Positions 29,738-40,563 of a DNA stretch of 52,962 nucleotides are shown piece after piece. Made by a program: the position numbers and the translations under genes. The stretch is from Corallochytrium limacisporum Hawaii. Lineage: Eukaryota; Protista; Pluriformea. The DNA lies in the NCBI GenBank assembly GCA_002811645.1, contig PDIP01000061.1, forward strand, positions 1-52,962. Reading direction: 5' to 3'. Below the pieces are notes generated by a model. The model was not told the origin of the DNA. It did no database searches and saw nothing but the letters and a program-made list of their open reading frames with translations. How positions within the stretch are numbered: position 1 is the stretch's first letter; the number at the start of each line of letters is the position of its first letter.

Positions 29738-30964
29738 ATGGATTCAATCTATCACAACGTACGACCCCGGAGCAAGGCCGAGGTCGAAGCCAACAAGGTG
29801 AAGGCTGCCCGGAGTGCCCAGCTGTCCCGCAGGGCTTCTTCCGCTGGTTCTTCCGGCACCATGGAGAGCAAGACCGAAACTGTCGCTGCCCCTGCTGAGC
29901 AGCAGACCAAGGTTACCAAGCGTACCAATGTCAAGAAGAGCAGCGCTCCTGCGAAGAAGCAGCAGCCCAAGGATATCAAGAAGAAGAGTCCGACGGATTT
30001 TGTCAACCACACAGTGAAGAGCATCTTGGCGTTCTTTACCATGCTCTTCACCCAGATCATGGACTTCCTCTTCAAACCTGCACCCGTTCCCGGAAACTAC
30101 AAGAACCCCAACGAGACTCAGTCTTGGCTTGCTGACGCCTGGTACTGGTCGATTCTCCAGCCCGTGGTTGAGGGCATTGAAAACGTTCCCCTCGATCGCC
30201 ATGTTCTGTTCGTGGCCAACCACGCCATGGGATCTCAGGACCTGCCCTCCGCGTGGTCTGTGACCCGCCGTGTGTCGCCCACTCCTCTGCGCACCGTCGC
30301 CGACAAGTTCTGGTGGAGCATTCCGGCCTTCCATCACATTATTGAGTACCATGGAGGCTTCCCCGGCACTCGGGATCAGTGCCGAGCAGTGTTGAAGCAG
30401 GGCAACCTGATGATCTACCCTGAGGGAGTCGACGGCGTGGCGAAGAGCGTGAAGCTGCCCAAGTATCAGCTGGCTCTGAAGAACCGCAGCGGGTTTGCGT
30501 CAGTTGCGGCAGCCGAGAAGGTGGCCATGATCCCAGTCAGCATCGTGGGTGGTGAGGATTACTGGGACGGTTGGTTCGACCTGCCTACCGGCTGGATTCT
30601 GCGTATCCTGGACGGTGATGACAAGCGGGCCGACTTCACCTTCCCCGTGCCGAAGCCGTGGAAGATCTGGCCCCGTAAGCTGTACATCAAGTACGGTAAG
30701 CCGATCGAAACGAGTCAGTTTAATGGAGAACCCACCAAGGAAGAGGTCTGGGAACTGCGGGAGCAAGTCCGGATCCAGATGGAGAAACAAATCGCTGAGC
30801 TGCGAAAGAAGCAGGCTCGCAACGAGGGCACTCCCTTCTTCAACCCCTCTAAGCTGGACCTTGAGGTTGCCAAGGTGCGCCGTCAGCTGGCCAAGCAGAT
30901 GGAGGCCGCCAAGCACCAGCAGGCCAAGGCGGAACAGACCAACAAGGCCATCGGTGGTATGTAA
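29738..30964 (+). CDS. PlsC-superfamily acyltransferase, TMEM68/MGAT-like (paralog 1)
   Basis: VEGIENVP..VLFVANHAMGSQD (H-x5-D), IYPEG, RSGF, IPVSIVGGE and YIKYGKPI; strong C/G-ending codon bias. Confidence 0.85.
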   Translation: MDSIYHNVRPRSKAEVEANKVKAARSAQLSRRASSAGSSGTMESKTETVAAPAEQQTKVTKRTNVKKSSAPAKKQQPKDIKKKSPTDFVNHTVKSILAFFTMLFTQIMDFLFKPAPVPGNYKNPNETQSWLADAWYWSILQPVVEGIENVPLDRHVLFVANHAMGSQDLPSAWSVTRRVSPTPLRTVADKFWWSIPAFHHIIEYHGGFPGTRDQCRAVLKQGNLMIYPEGVDGVAKSVKLPKYQLALKNRSGFASVAAAEKVAMIPVSIVGGEDYWDGWFDLPTGWILRILDGDDKRADFTFPVPKPWKIWPRKLYIKYGKPIETSQFNGEPTKEEVWELREQVRIQMEKQIAELRKKQARNEGTPFFNPSKLDLEVAKVRRQLAKQMEAAKHQQAKAEQTNKAIGGM

Positions 30965-32984
30965 GCTGCGTACCACCAGTCAGTATTCTTAACTAATCAA
31001 TCACGATCCATAAATTTCTAGCATCATCATCTGAAAGCACTGTTGAGACGAACTGGAGACTGCGCAATCAGAGCGAGAGAGATGAACCCCCCCGCGTCAA
31101 TGGCCGATCTTCGGTGTTCCCGTGACCCCCCGGTCTCTCGTCGCCGCTACAGGAACCTCTCTACCTACCCGCCCGGGACGCCGGGTCAAAGAACGAAGAC
31201 CCTAATTTTCTCTTCCTCCCTCTCCCAAGGCGGACGTGTATTTGATTAAAGTTTGAAGAAATCAAATTGGGCTTACAAAATCCAAATTTCTAATGAATCA
31301 ATATATTTCCGGTATGTAAGCAATATTTATTGCGAGCATCTGGTCGACCAGCACTACATTTTATATAGAAATTTTCTGATATTGAATCAATATATTCACA
31401 AGCCGGCCCAGGCCAAAGGTGCAAAAGTGCCCGGAAGCATGGGACCGGGAGAAAAAAAATAACGAAACCATTCTGCTTCCGCAAAGATACCTCCCACCCT
31501 AAAAATAGGTTGCAATTTCCATACTAAATAAGTGAGCATATCGGCCAATTGCCTAGCACTCCTCACGATCTGGTACACGATACCGCCACTACCGATCCAA
31601 TTTCTCCTGGCACAGTGGTGCGCTAGCGAACGCCGAGCACGAAAACGGGCCCGGTGGCGCAACCCGCACTGTCAGCAGAAGGAAATAATTTTCCCTTTTC
31701 GCATAAAATAGTCAGTTCATTAAGTATGGAAAGTGGGAACTTTTCTAAATAGTCTGAGAATTTAGTCGCGTATAGACGTCGCGGTGTGATAGAGATTTGC
31801 ATCGCGGTGTGAGTGGTGCGGTTGAAAAATTGAACGGCCCGAAGGGGGGGGGGACACACGCCCATCGACGCGCCCAGCCTTTACGGAAAACCTCTATTTT
31901 CCCCTGATACCCGGCAGGGGTTTCAACCGAAAGGCTCACCATAAAAAAAATTGGGGGTGCTGCGTATGCGTGTGTGTGTGTGTGTGTGTGAGATACGGTG
32001 TAGGATTCGTTTTGTCCAACAAACCCCGCGGGCTCCAGGTACGAATCGGTAGTGAGTCTATGACATAAGGCAATGCCCTCTTCCGGAGAACGCGGGATCG
32101 CGACACCTTTTCGTTTCCTTTTTTTTCTTGGCCCTTTTCGCTCTGTTCCCCGGTCTCTCTCCCCCTTCCTCCCTACCTTTCTACCGCATCGTTCCGTCTT
32201 CGTCCTCTTCTCCTCGCGCCATCGCAAAATCTCAGATACACACGAAAACCCAGGAAAGGGAGTCTGTTTACTTTCTCGTCTTTTTAGGGTAAGCGAAAAA
32301 GAGAGAGAGAGAGAGAGGGACACGAGCGAGGAAAGAAAAACCCAAAAAAAAAACAAACAAAAGAGAATATTTTTTCTTCTCCTTTTCTTCGGAGTCTTGA
32401 GCGATATCGTCGTCGCGAACAAAATTTCCTCGAGTAATGAATGTACTGGAAAATTCGTCACAGACCGGAGAAGGCCCCCCCCCCACCCTTCTGTCTCTCT
32501 CCCTCACCCGCTCGGAGCCCCCCCTCCGGGGGGGAGGAGGCCTGGAACATTTCGAATGGCAACTTTTTTCCTTCCCTTTGGTGGGACGGAAAGGACAGGC
32601 TCCGATGCAGGGAGGCACAAAGAGCGAGCGAGACAGAGAGGGAGGGAGACACACAAACACACGCACAGAGCCGCAGCAGCAGTAGAGAGACAAGAAGGAA
32701 AAAAGACTTTCCAATTTTGTCCTTGTCTGCCTCGCGGCCGGTTGAGTGTTCGAAAACTGTCAGTCATTTGCTTGAACGGCACGTACCTAATGTACTGCAC
32801 ACTGACCTTGACTTCAGCAACATTTCTGCGGTAATCGGGAAAAAGGGGCGATGGGAGGGAGAGGGAGGAACGAGGAGAAAAATTGATAAAACTTTTTTGG
32901 TTCGATTTCTTGTCGATCATAGTTAGTGGATTTTGGTGGGTGGTGGGGCTGCGCTTTGGCTGCTGCTTTTCTCTCTTAGTCCGT

Positions 32985-33050
32985 CACTCACTCACTCACT
33001 CTCTCTCTCTCTGTCTCTCTCTCTCTCTGTCTCTCTCTCTCTGTGTGTCT
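32985..33050. repeat. (CACT)n/(CT)n microsatellite
   Basis: Read directly. Confidence 0.85.
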
Positions 33051-35515
33051 ATCGCCGTCTCTCGCTACCCCGGGGGCATGGAGGCAAGCCGTGGCGGTTC
33101 GAAAGGTATTGCACGACCCGTCTGTGTAGGTCTCATAGAGTTCTGTATATTCATTATACATACCTCGGCATTCCGATGCCTTGGTACCATTTCCATCCCT
33201 CAGCGGCAAGGGTTACTGCGGGCTTTTCCGCAGCTGATCCTCCCCCCCTCCCCGCCCCCTCCCGGCGCGGGGTCTCTCTCTCGGGACTCCCTCCCGCGGA
33301 GAGCTCCGTTTTCGCAACTGCCCCTAATCTCTCCAGCGTGTTCTCCCCGCAATCGATGACACGGGTCACTCCCTCTGTCTTGCTTGTCCGCCTTTCCCTT
33401 TTTTGTGCCTATACTGAATGTACTGCAAAGTTCTAAAAATAGGCCACAAGGCGAGTCTCTCCACCACCTTCCTCCCCCCGGGTCCTTGTCTGGCCTGCCT
33501 GTTTTTCGCCGTGCGTCTCCTGGTTCCCGTCTTGGTCCGTGCCGTGCCCGTTGATCGAAAATTGGGCCAGCTGGTCCAGGAAGACATTTATGGGAGTGGG
33601 CATCTGTACCAGTTATTAATACAATACATTTAATATACAATAACTCTTGGTGATAAGTTTGAACTGTCTCTTAGACATATTCACGGCATCGCATAATGGC
33701 GCAATACGTGCGGGCATGGATACCACCGGCCGTACCTCTCACTCTCCTCCTTTAACCAAATACAATCTTTTTGCCTACATTGGTTATATAGATGCGTCAC
33801 CCCACGGACCCCGCCTTCGCCTAACCATCCTCTCCGCTCTTTCGTCGCCTTTTTTGTTTTTTTGTAATATTCGTTTTTCGTTGTCATTTCCTTTCTATTG
33901 TTCTCTCTCCAAACACTCCCTTAACCAAGTCAATCCCCACGGGGGGTTTTTCTCTTCCAATCGGCCTCCCTTGGGGTTTCTTATTTTGTTCGTTAGTATC
34001 TTTCAATTTTTCAGTTGCGCAGGTGGCTCGTGGCCTATCTGTGTACCACCTTTTCGCCTTCGTAGTGGGGGGGGGCTATTTTTTCTTTCGTCCTTGTCCT
34101 TTGTTATTTTTTTTTTTTGCAATTTAATTTTGCGCCCCTTTCCTGCCTGTTTGCTTCTCCCTTCCTTTTTGCCTCAGTTTTCTTTTTAAAGTCAGGCAGT
34201 GTCCGGTACTTAATATATAGCCAATCTACGGGCACTTGACACCAACTTTTCACAAATGTCCCTCCTCCTCCCCGTCGCTGTCCCAGTTCCTCCTCTGAAT
34301 CACATCTCCTGGGAGGTAAGGTAGATAACGGGAGAACCAAAAAAAGAGGGGTGGTGGTGGGAGAGAGGGAGGGGGGGAAGAAAATCTAAAGCAACAGACA
34401 ATAAAAGAAAAGACACATCTTCCTTTGTCCCTCCCCCTCCCCCCCCCCCTTCCCCGTGGGGTTTCCTCCTCTTGAACTTTCTTCCCGCTTATTTCTATAT
34501 TCGCCTACCACCAAATTGGGTCCAATTTTAGACCCAGCCCAGTGGTCCGGTGGTCAAACCCACCGGAAGGGTCGGACATAAAAAATTTTTCCTTTGGCAT
34601 GCCGTTTCTTCTTCCATCTGTTTCCCTCGTTCCTCCTCCGTGCAGCTTCCGACGGGTGTGGCTTTGGTAGTTAATGTATTGACTAAATTTTAGGAAAATA
34701 AATGAAAAACAGTCACAGACGGTGGGTATGTGCCACGGTTACATTTCCCTTTGCTGCCAAGCAAAATTTCTCCGGCGGGTCTGTGTCTTATAAACAGGTC
34801 AATCTACCCAATTTCTTGCAAACTATTGAATTTTTATACTAAATGTATTGCATTTAATTCGAACATTACGGTAGATGCTGCACCTTTGCAGATGTGTCTA
34901 CGTGGATTGGATGCCTGCGCACGGGCACTGGCTTTTTGACTCTTTCCCCCCACCCCCCTGGCTCTTCTCCCCCTCTGCGCTTCAATCCCCGTCCCAGTCC
35001 CGCGCTCCTTCCCTCGCCCCGTCCCTCCTCCCCAAAAATTGAGCATAGGAAATTTCTATAGTAAATATACTGACATTTCAGAACACAAGTGGCTAATCCA
35101 TCGCCGCAACCGCGGGGATGGACGTGCTGTTAACCGCGAGAGCGACGGTGTGATCCGTACGTGAGGCGGGATGGTTCTTGGTTTTTGTGCAAACTTTTGG
35201 TTGCCGTTACTTTGTAAACTTCGTGCCTTATCGGAAGATTTTTTGGTCTGTTTCTCCCTTTTATGGGTGAAATGTTGTGATGTGTGGTAGGGTTTGATGT
35301 TGAAAGGGTCCTGGTGGTTGTGTTTCGCGCAGGCGTGAATCACGGACATGATGGTGGTGATCGGAACACCGAGGTATTTATGTCACAGTGTACTTCTTTA
35401 CTATCGGTGGTCGTATGGACCCTGATCTTCATAGTTCCATCTATCAACAAATTTGCTCGTTAGCTTAGTATACAGAAGATTCTTCTGAGAAGATACACAT
35501 ACACACAAAACAAAC

Positions 35516-36712
35516 ATGAGCTCAACAAAGGTTACCAGGCGCGCCACCGGGTTCACCGGCGACAGGTTCGAGCCCACTGCCATGAAGAAGCAGGTTAAGA
35601 GGCGAGTTAAGCGCAACAGCAAGAAGAGCGTCCAGTTCTCCAACTGGCTCAACGATATTGTATTGGGCCTTGCCAGTGTTGTTGCCGCTATTTTGGCCAC
35701 CATCATGGCCGCCCTGATGAAGATCCGCTCGGAGACCATCCAGTACCTCTTTGGCCAGCGTAAGGACTACGCCAACTACAAGACCCCTCCCTACTGGCTG
35801 CAGTACTGGCTCTCCCGCTGGGCCTTCAGTGTCCTCCACCCGGTTGTCTACGGTCTGGAGAATATCCCTGCCGATAAGCCCGTCATGTTGGTCTGCAACC
35901 ATGCCACCATGATTGCTGATGTGCCCACCAGCCAGGCCGTGTTCCGCCGTGTTTCCGTCGAGAACGGTCGCCACTTGATGTCCCTGGCCGACTTCTTCTG
36001 GTGGTCTTCCTGGCCCGTCAACCGCTTGGTCGAATACTGGGGCGGTTTCCTGGGCACTCGGGCTAACGTGACTGAGGTCATGAAGCACGGTCACAACATC
36101 TTGATCTACCCGGGCGGTGCCGATGAGGCCATGAAGAGCAAGGATATCCCCAAGTACGAGCTGATCTGGAAGAAGCGTAAGGGATTCGTCGACATGGCTG
36201 CTCTGGGCGAGTACACCATCATCCCCGTCGCTGTGGTCGGTGGCGAAGAATACTTTGACATCTGGTTTGACATCTGGGGTGGCTGGTTCTTCTACCTGAC
36301 CGATCCCAACAAGGCCGCCAAGCGCTCTGGATTCACTGTGCCCGTCCTCAAGCCATGGACCCAGAGGCCCATGAACCTGTACATTAAGTTTGGCAAGGCC
36401 ATCGACACTTCTTACCTCAAGGGTCAGACTCCCGACGACGAGATCTGGAAGCTCCGCGAAGAGTGCCGTGAGACTCTGGCCTCCGACATCAAGGAGATGC
36501 GCGAGCACCAGTCCAAGGATGAGGGCACCCCCCTCTACGACCCAACTGATCTGGACAACATGATCAAGGCCGCCCGTGCGGTGAACCTGAAGAAGGCTGA
36601 GGAGAGGCGCGCCCTGGAGTCCAAGCTCGAGTCCAAGCAGAAGGCGATTGCTGCCAGTGGCATCGAAGAGAGCCACACTGCCACCATCAGCGCTGCAGCT
36701 GGTGGTAACTAA
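35516..36712 (+). CDS. PlsC-superfamily acyltransferase, TMEM68/MGAT-like (paralog 2)
   Basis: YGLENIP..VMLVCNHATMIAD, IYPGG, RKGF, IPVAVVGGE and YIKFGKAI; N-terminal hydrophobic helix; aligns by eye with 29738..30964. Confidence 0.85.
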   Translation: MSSTKVTRRATGFTGDRFEPTAMKKQVKRRVKRNSKKSVQFSNWLNDIVLGLASVVAAILATIMAALMKIRSETIQYLFGQRKDYANYKTPPYWLQYWLSRWAFSVLHPVVYGLENIPADKPVMLVCNHATMIADVPTSQAVFRRVSVENGRHLMSLADFFWWSSWPVNRLVEYWGGFLGTRANVTEVMKHGHNILIYPGGADEAMKSKDIPKYELIWKKRKGFVDMAALGEYTIIPVAVVGGEEYFDIWFDIWGGWFFYLTDPNKAAKRSGFTVPVLKPWTQRPMNLYIKFGKAIDTSYLKGQTPDDEIWKLREECRETLASDIKEMREHQSKDEGTPLYDPTDLDNMIKAARAVNLKKAEERRALESKLESKQKAIAASGIEESHTATISAAAGGN

Positions 36713-37755
36713 AAACCTAAAGAAAAAGAAAACGTTTGTCGCAAACCTCATTAACCCAACAACACTACACTACACAAAACCCACACATATTAGTCCATTA
36801 CATCCATACATAGACATCCATCACCAACAGCTCACATCCTGCTCAAGTCCTCCTATTCATTGGCACTTTCACCGGCAGATAGTCTTTTCAAACGGTGTTC
36901 TCAGGTTGTTTAAACGTGAATGGCCATGACTTTGTTACGATGGGTCCCGTGAGTCCAAATCTCCAGGTGGACTTCTTGTGCGTGCTCAACGTGGTTAAAC
37001 TCAGGAAATGATACTTTGTTAGGTTTTCAGTTGACCATGTCAGCCACTTAACTCGGCCCCCGTCAATGAGTGCTCTGTTCGTGTGGCATGGTCCTTGATC
37101 AGCAGTGTCTGTAAAACACTGTTGCTATTTCACGCGGATGGCGCGAAGACCAAGAATGTTCGGACCTCCCCTCCCTTGCGGAGATGTTACTGGACCACAC
37201 TGGGCGTGCAAGTGGACTGAATTGCCCGCGTCTCTTGACTCTGAGAGATGTCGGCTGATGCCATTCGTATGGATTAGCGGAAACTTCAAGGAAACTGGGA
37301 CGCGCGACGACCACCAACCTACCGAATAGGCTGGTAAACGATGCGTCTACCGCTCATCATGCCAACATGGTGTGCGTTCCCTCAGGCTTTGGCCGATCGG
37401 TCCTCGGGTTGTCACTGTCATACGTTAAGTCAACCATCCACAAAGGCCCCCGGTTCTGACGCAGCCACGAAGCAGTGCCTGTTTGCAAGTGTAGCAAACC
37501 ATGCTAGCCATGTACACGTCAGGTGGACGCCAGAACGATTCCGCCAGGAGAAGAAGCTCCCCTGTGCTTCGTGGAATGTCTGAAGGCTGGGCTCCCGCAC
37601 CGATTTTCCCGCCAAAATTCCCCAAGCTTCCTTTTTTCTCATTATTTTTTCCCTGTGTTCAGTTCGCGTCTTATCACTTTTGCCCTTGGGGTTTTGGCGG
37701 TTGGGGATTAAATCAGGCGGACGGGGGTGGAGGGCGAGGGTAAGGGAAGGGAGGA

Positions 37756-37791
37756 GGGGGGGCCGAATATATAGTCCCCCCCCCCCCCCCC
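37756..37791. promoter_or_regulatory. G-run/AATATATAG/C-run element, copy 2, about 370 bp upstream of CHORDC1
   Basis: GGGGGGGCCGAATATATAGT followed by C16. Confidence 0.4.
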
Positions 37792-38158
37792 AAGCGAAAG
37801 GGGGAGAAGGAGTCTCCCAGGTGGTCTGCGTTGGGGAAGCTTTTCACGCACACGGAGGACAGAAAACCGGGATAATACGCACGGGAGTGATGCGCATACA
37901 CACGCAGAACACGCGCGACTGGACCGAGATCGGGAAAAAAGCGACGGTAGAATACGGGACGACTGGATGGCTGGTGATTTGCGCGGTGGATGGTGCTGGA
38001 TGTTCATGTTTGACTGGAGGAAAAGGTACTTTAAAGACCAGTGTGGTGTGTGAAGGGTCAAAGGTCAAGTGGGCATGTGAGCGATTACGTGGCTGCGATT
38101 AGCTGCACATCCAAGCGGTCAAAGCCTTTGAATTTCCTTAATGGATGATATGTAAAGA

Positions 38159-39124
38159 ATGGTAGTGGACATGAGGCGTTGCTACAACAAGGGCTGCGGC
38201 CAGGAATTCGACGAGTCACAAAATAGTGACACGTCTTGTACTTATCATCCGGGAGCCCCATTCTTCCACGATGCCTACAAAGGCTGGTCTTGTTGTGAAA
38301 AGAAGAGTGTGGATTTCACCGAGTTCTTGAACATAAAGGGCTGCACGAAAGGCAAGCACAACCCGGAAAAGCCACTGGAGGAGCCCAAACAACCCACTGC
38401 AGCTACGGAGGTGTCTCCGCCACCAGAGGAAACCCACAGTGCTCCGATTGCAGAACCGCCGACTGTCGATCGCGACGCCCCCATGACTGTATTGGAACCG
38501 AAGGTCATGAGCAGCGCAAAGAATGCTCTGATAAAGGCCAAAAATGCCCTTGAGGAGGCTAAGGCTAGGGGTGATAATGATGATGCCAGCGGAGAGATCG
38601 AAGAGGGTGCACCATGCCGCAACAATGGTTGTCAGGCCAAGTGGAGCAAGGATCTAAGTGACATCGATAGTTGTGTGCACCATCCGGGCGAGGCCATATT
38701 CCATGAAGGCATGAAGTACTGGAGCTGCTGTCAGATAAAAACGAGCGACTTTGACAACTTTATGGCCCAGAAGGGATGTACCACGGGATTGCACAAGTGG
38801 GCGTCTGCCAAGGACATTGCGAGTGGGCCTGTGGACTGCCGCATCCAGTGGTTCCAGACAGCTGCTGAGGTGAACATTAGCGTCTTCGCGAAGCTAGTAG
38901 ATCCTGAACATAGCTTGTTTGAATTGAATCCAGGATTGATCAACGTCCTTTTGCACTTTGTGGATGGACGGGAGTACCGTCTTAATGGCACTTTGGCGGA
39001 AGGAATCGTCCCGGAGGAGAGCAAAGTCACCATCATGGGTCCCAAGGTTGAGATTAGCATGAAAAAAGCGTATGCTGCTGGATGGCAGAATTGCCTTAAG
39101 GCTGAGCACGGCCAAAGTCTGTAA
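38159..39124 (+). CDS. CHORDC1: CHORD-CHORD-CS Hsp90 co-chaperone (CHORDC1/Morgana-like)
   Basis: Two CHORD domains (CYNKGC...CTYHPGAPFFHDAYKGWSCC; CRNNGC...CVHHPGEAIFHEGMKYWSCC) plus a CS domain (WFQT...KVEISMKK). Confidence 0.95.
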   Translation: MVVDMRRCYNKGCGQEFDESQNSDTSCTYHPGAPFFHDAYKGWSCCEKKSVDFTEFLNIKGCTKGKHNPEKPLEEPKQPTAATEVSPPPEETHSAPIAEPPTVDRDAPMTVLEPKVMSSAKNALIKAKNALEEAKARGDNDDASGEIEEGAPCRNNGCQAKWSKDLSDIDSCVHHPGEAIFHEGMKYWSCCQIKTSDFDNFMAQKGCTTGLHKWASAKDIASGPVDCRIQWFQTAAEVNISVFAKLVDPEHSLFELNPGLINVLLHFVDGREYRLNGTLAEGIVPEESKVTIMGPKVEISMKKAYAAGWQNCLKAEHGQSL

Positions 39125-40342
39125 TACACATCTGATACCAATGCTTAAAGTATTTGTTTGAGAGCTACTTCGATGCCATTGTCAATACTTCTACGGACTT
39201 TAATCCAAGCAATCAATAATTATATTGAGATCTCAATTGTGGCCAATTTATTTTGATTCGAATTGATATTTATAAGTTTGGGCGAGGGCGACGTGGCCGT
39301 TCCGCGGTCTGGTTACATTTCGTGTTTGCCGACGAATCCTTTCCTTATTTTTTTTTCATGCTTACTGAGTGGGAAGCAATCGAAAAGTAGCCTTGCCATT
39401 CTTGTTGCGTCCCATGCGTCCCAGGGTTTATTTATTTAACACATGGCCCCGTAACGAACGCCTGTTCGCTACCGGTAAACGTAACGAGGATGACTTTCAT
39501 GGACAAATGGCCGACGCGCGTTACTTGGGTTTTGCGTGCTGGACAAGCGAGAGAAACCGAATATGGTATCTCCAACTGGCAAGAAAGCAGGCGAGAACAT
39601 ACCTCTCGTTACATCCTTAACTGGTAGAGTCGGGTTTGTTAGATGTGAGGCATCTCATACTATCTGAGCAGTCTTACTTGGCTGAACATATCATCGTTTG
39701 CCTCGGAAGGCATCTGGGCCAATGCAGAGTGGGGGCATGTCCATGGATGTCGAACACAATATCACCTGCTCAGAAGCCCGAGGTACGTAGCAGGCGGTGG
39801 TGCACAGAGGAAGTCTGAAAGAGAGCGCACACACAGCAGCACAAAGGAAGAAGTAACATCGGTCACCGCTACTAAATCCATTCCCTCCGTTGGGTACGAC
39901 GGATGGTAAGTACATACAAGGGCAAAAAGGGGAATAGAAAAAGTTGTACGCTTACGATGCGCATGGACACTACATACAAGGTCAATAAGGAACAAGATTG
40001 GTCGGGGTCTAGCCCTCCTTCTCTCTCTCCTCCCCTGGGCCCCGGGCGGGCGAAGGAGGGAAAGAGTGAAGTCAGGCAGAGGGAGACGAGAGAATTTTAA
40101 TCAATAATGTATGGTGCATTTATTGTCCTTTTTACCACCTTTCTTTTTAAGAAAAGCAAAGAACAGACCTTTTAGATTGGCAGAGAGTGAGTGAAACAAG
40201 GGCAAGACCGGTGACATGAAAGTGATGAACAGTGTGGATGCTTACGGGAGGAGGCAGTGGGCCCGATGTACTCTCCCCCGTATGGCTGATTAGAAAACTT
40301 GGGGTCCTCGGGGCTGCTCACCTAATACAATCTGCCACACAT

Positions 40343-40343
<1 letters not shown>

Positions 40344-40401
<58 letters not shown>
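40344..40401. repeat. (CA)n microsatellite
   Basis: Uninterrupted CA run. Confidence 0.95.
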
Positions 40402-40406
<5 letters not shown>

Positions 40407-40563
40407 AGACAGGCGCCTGTTTGTGCACCGGCCACATTGCCTTAGATCAGAATGAGTGTTATCGATAAAGAAACCTGTGTAAACGTAGATGAACCCCATC
40501 CATTGAGAAGCAAGTAAGCAGCCGGGGTCCCTCCATGCATCGTTCGTACCTTCCTTTGCAACT

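Noticed and set aside
35522-36751. 409-aa antisense ORF spanning acyltransferase 2 (likewise 45676-46503 and 29744-30352)
   Set aside because: Mirror ORFs are expected when the sense gene avoids TTA/CTA/TCA codons; no motifs in the translation.
40223-40289. GTGATGA...CTGA resembling a box C/D snoRNA
   Set aside because: Negligible terminal stem and no rRNA-complementary guide that I could recognise.
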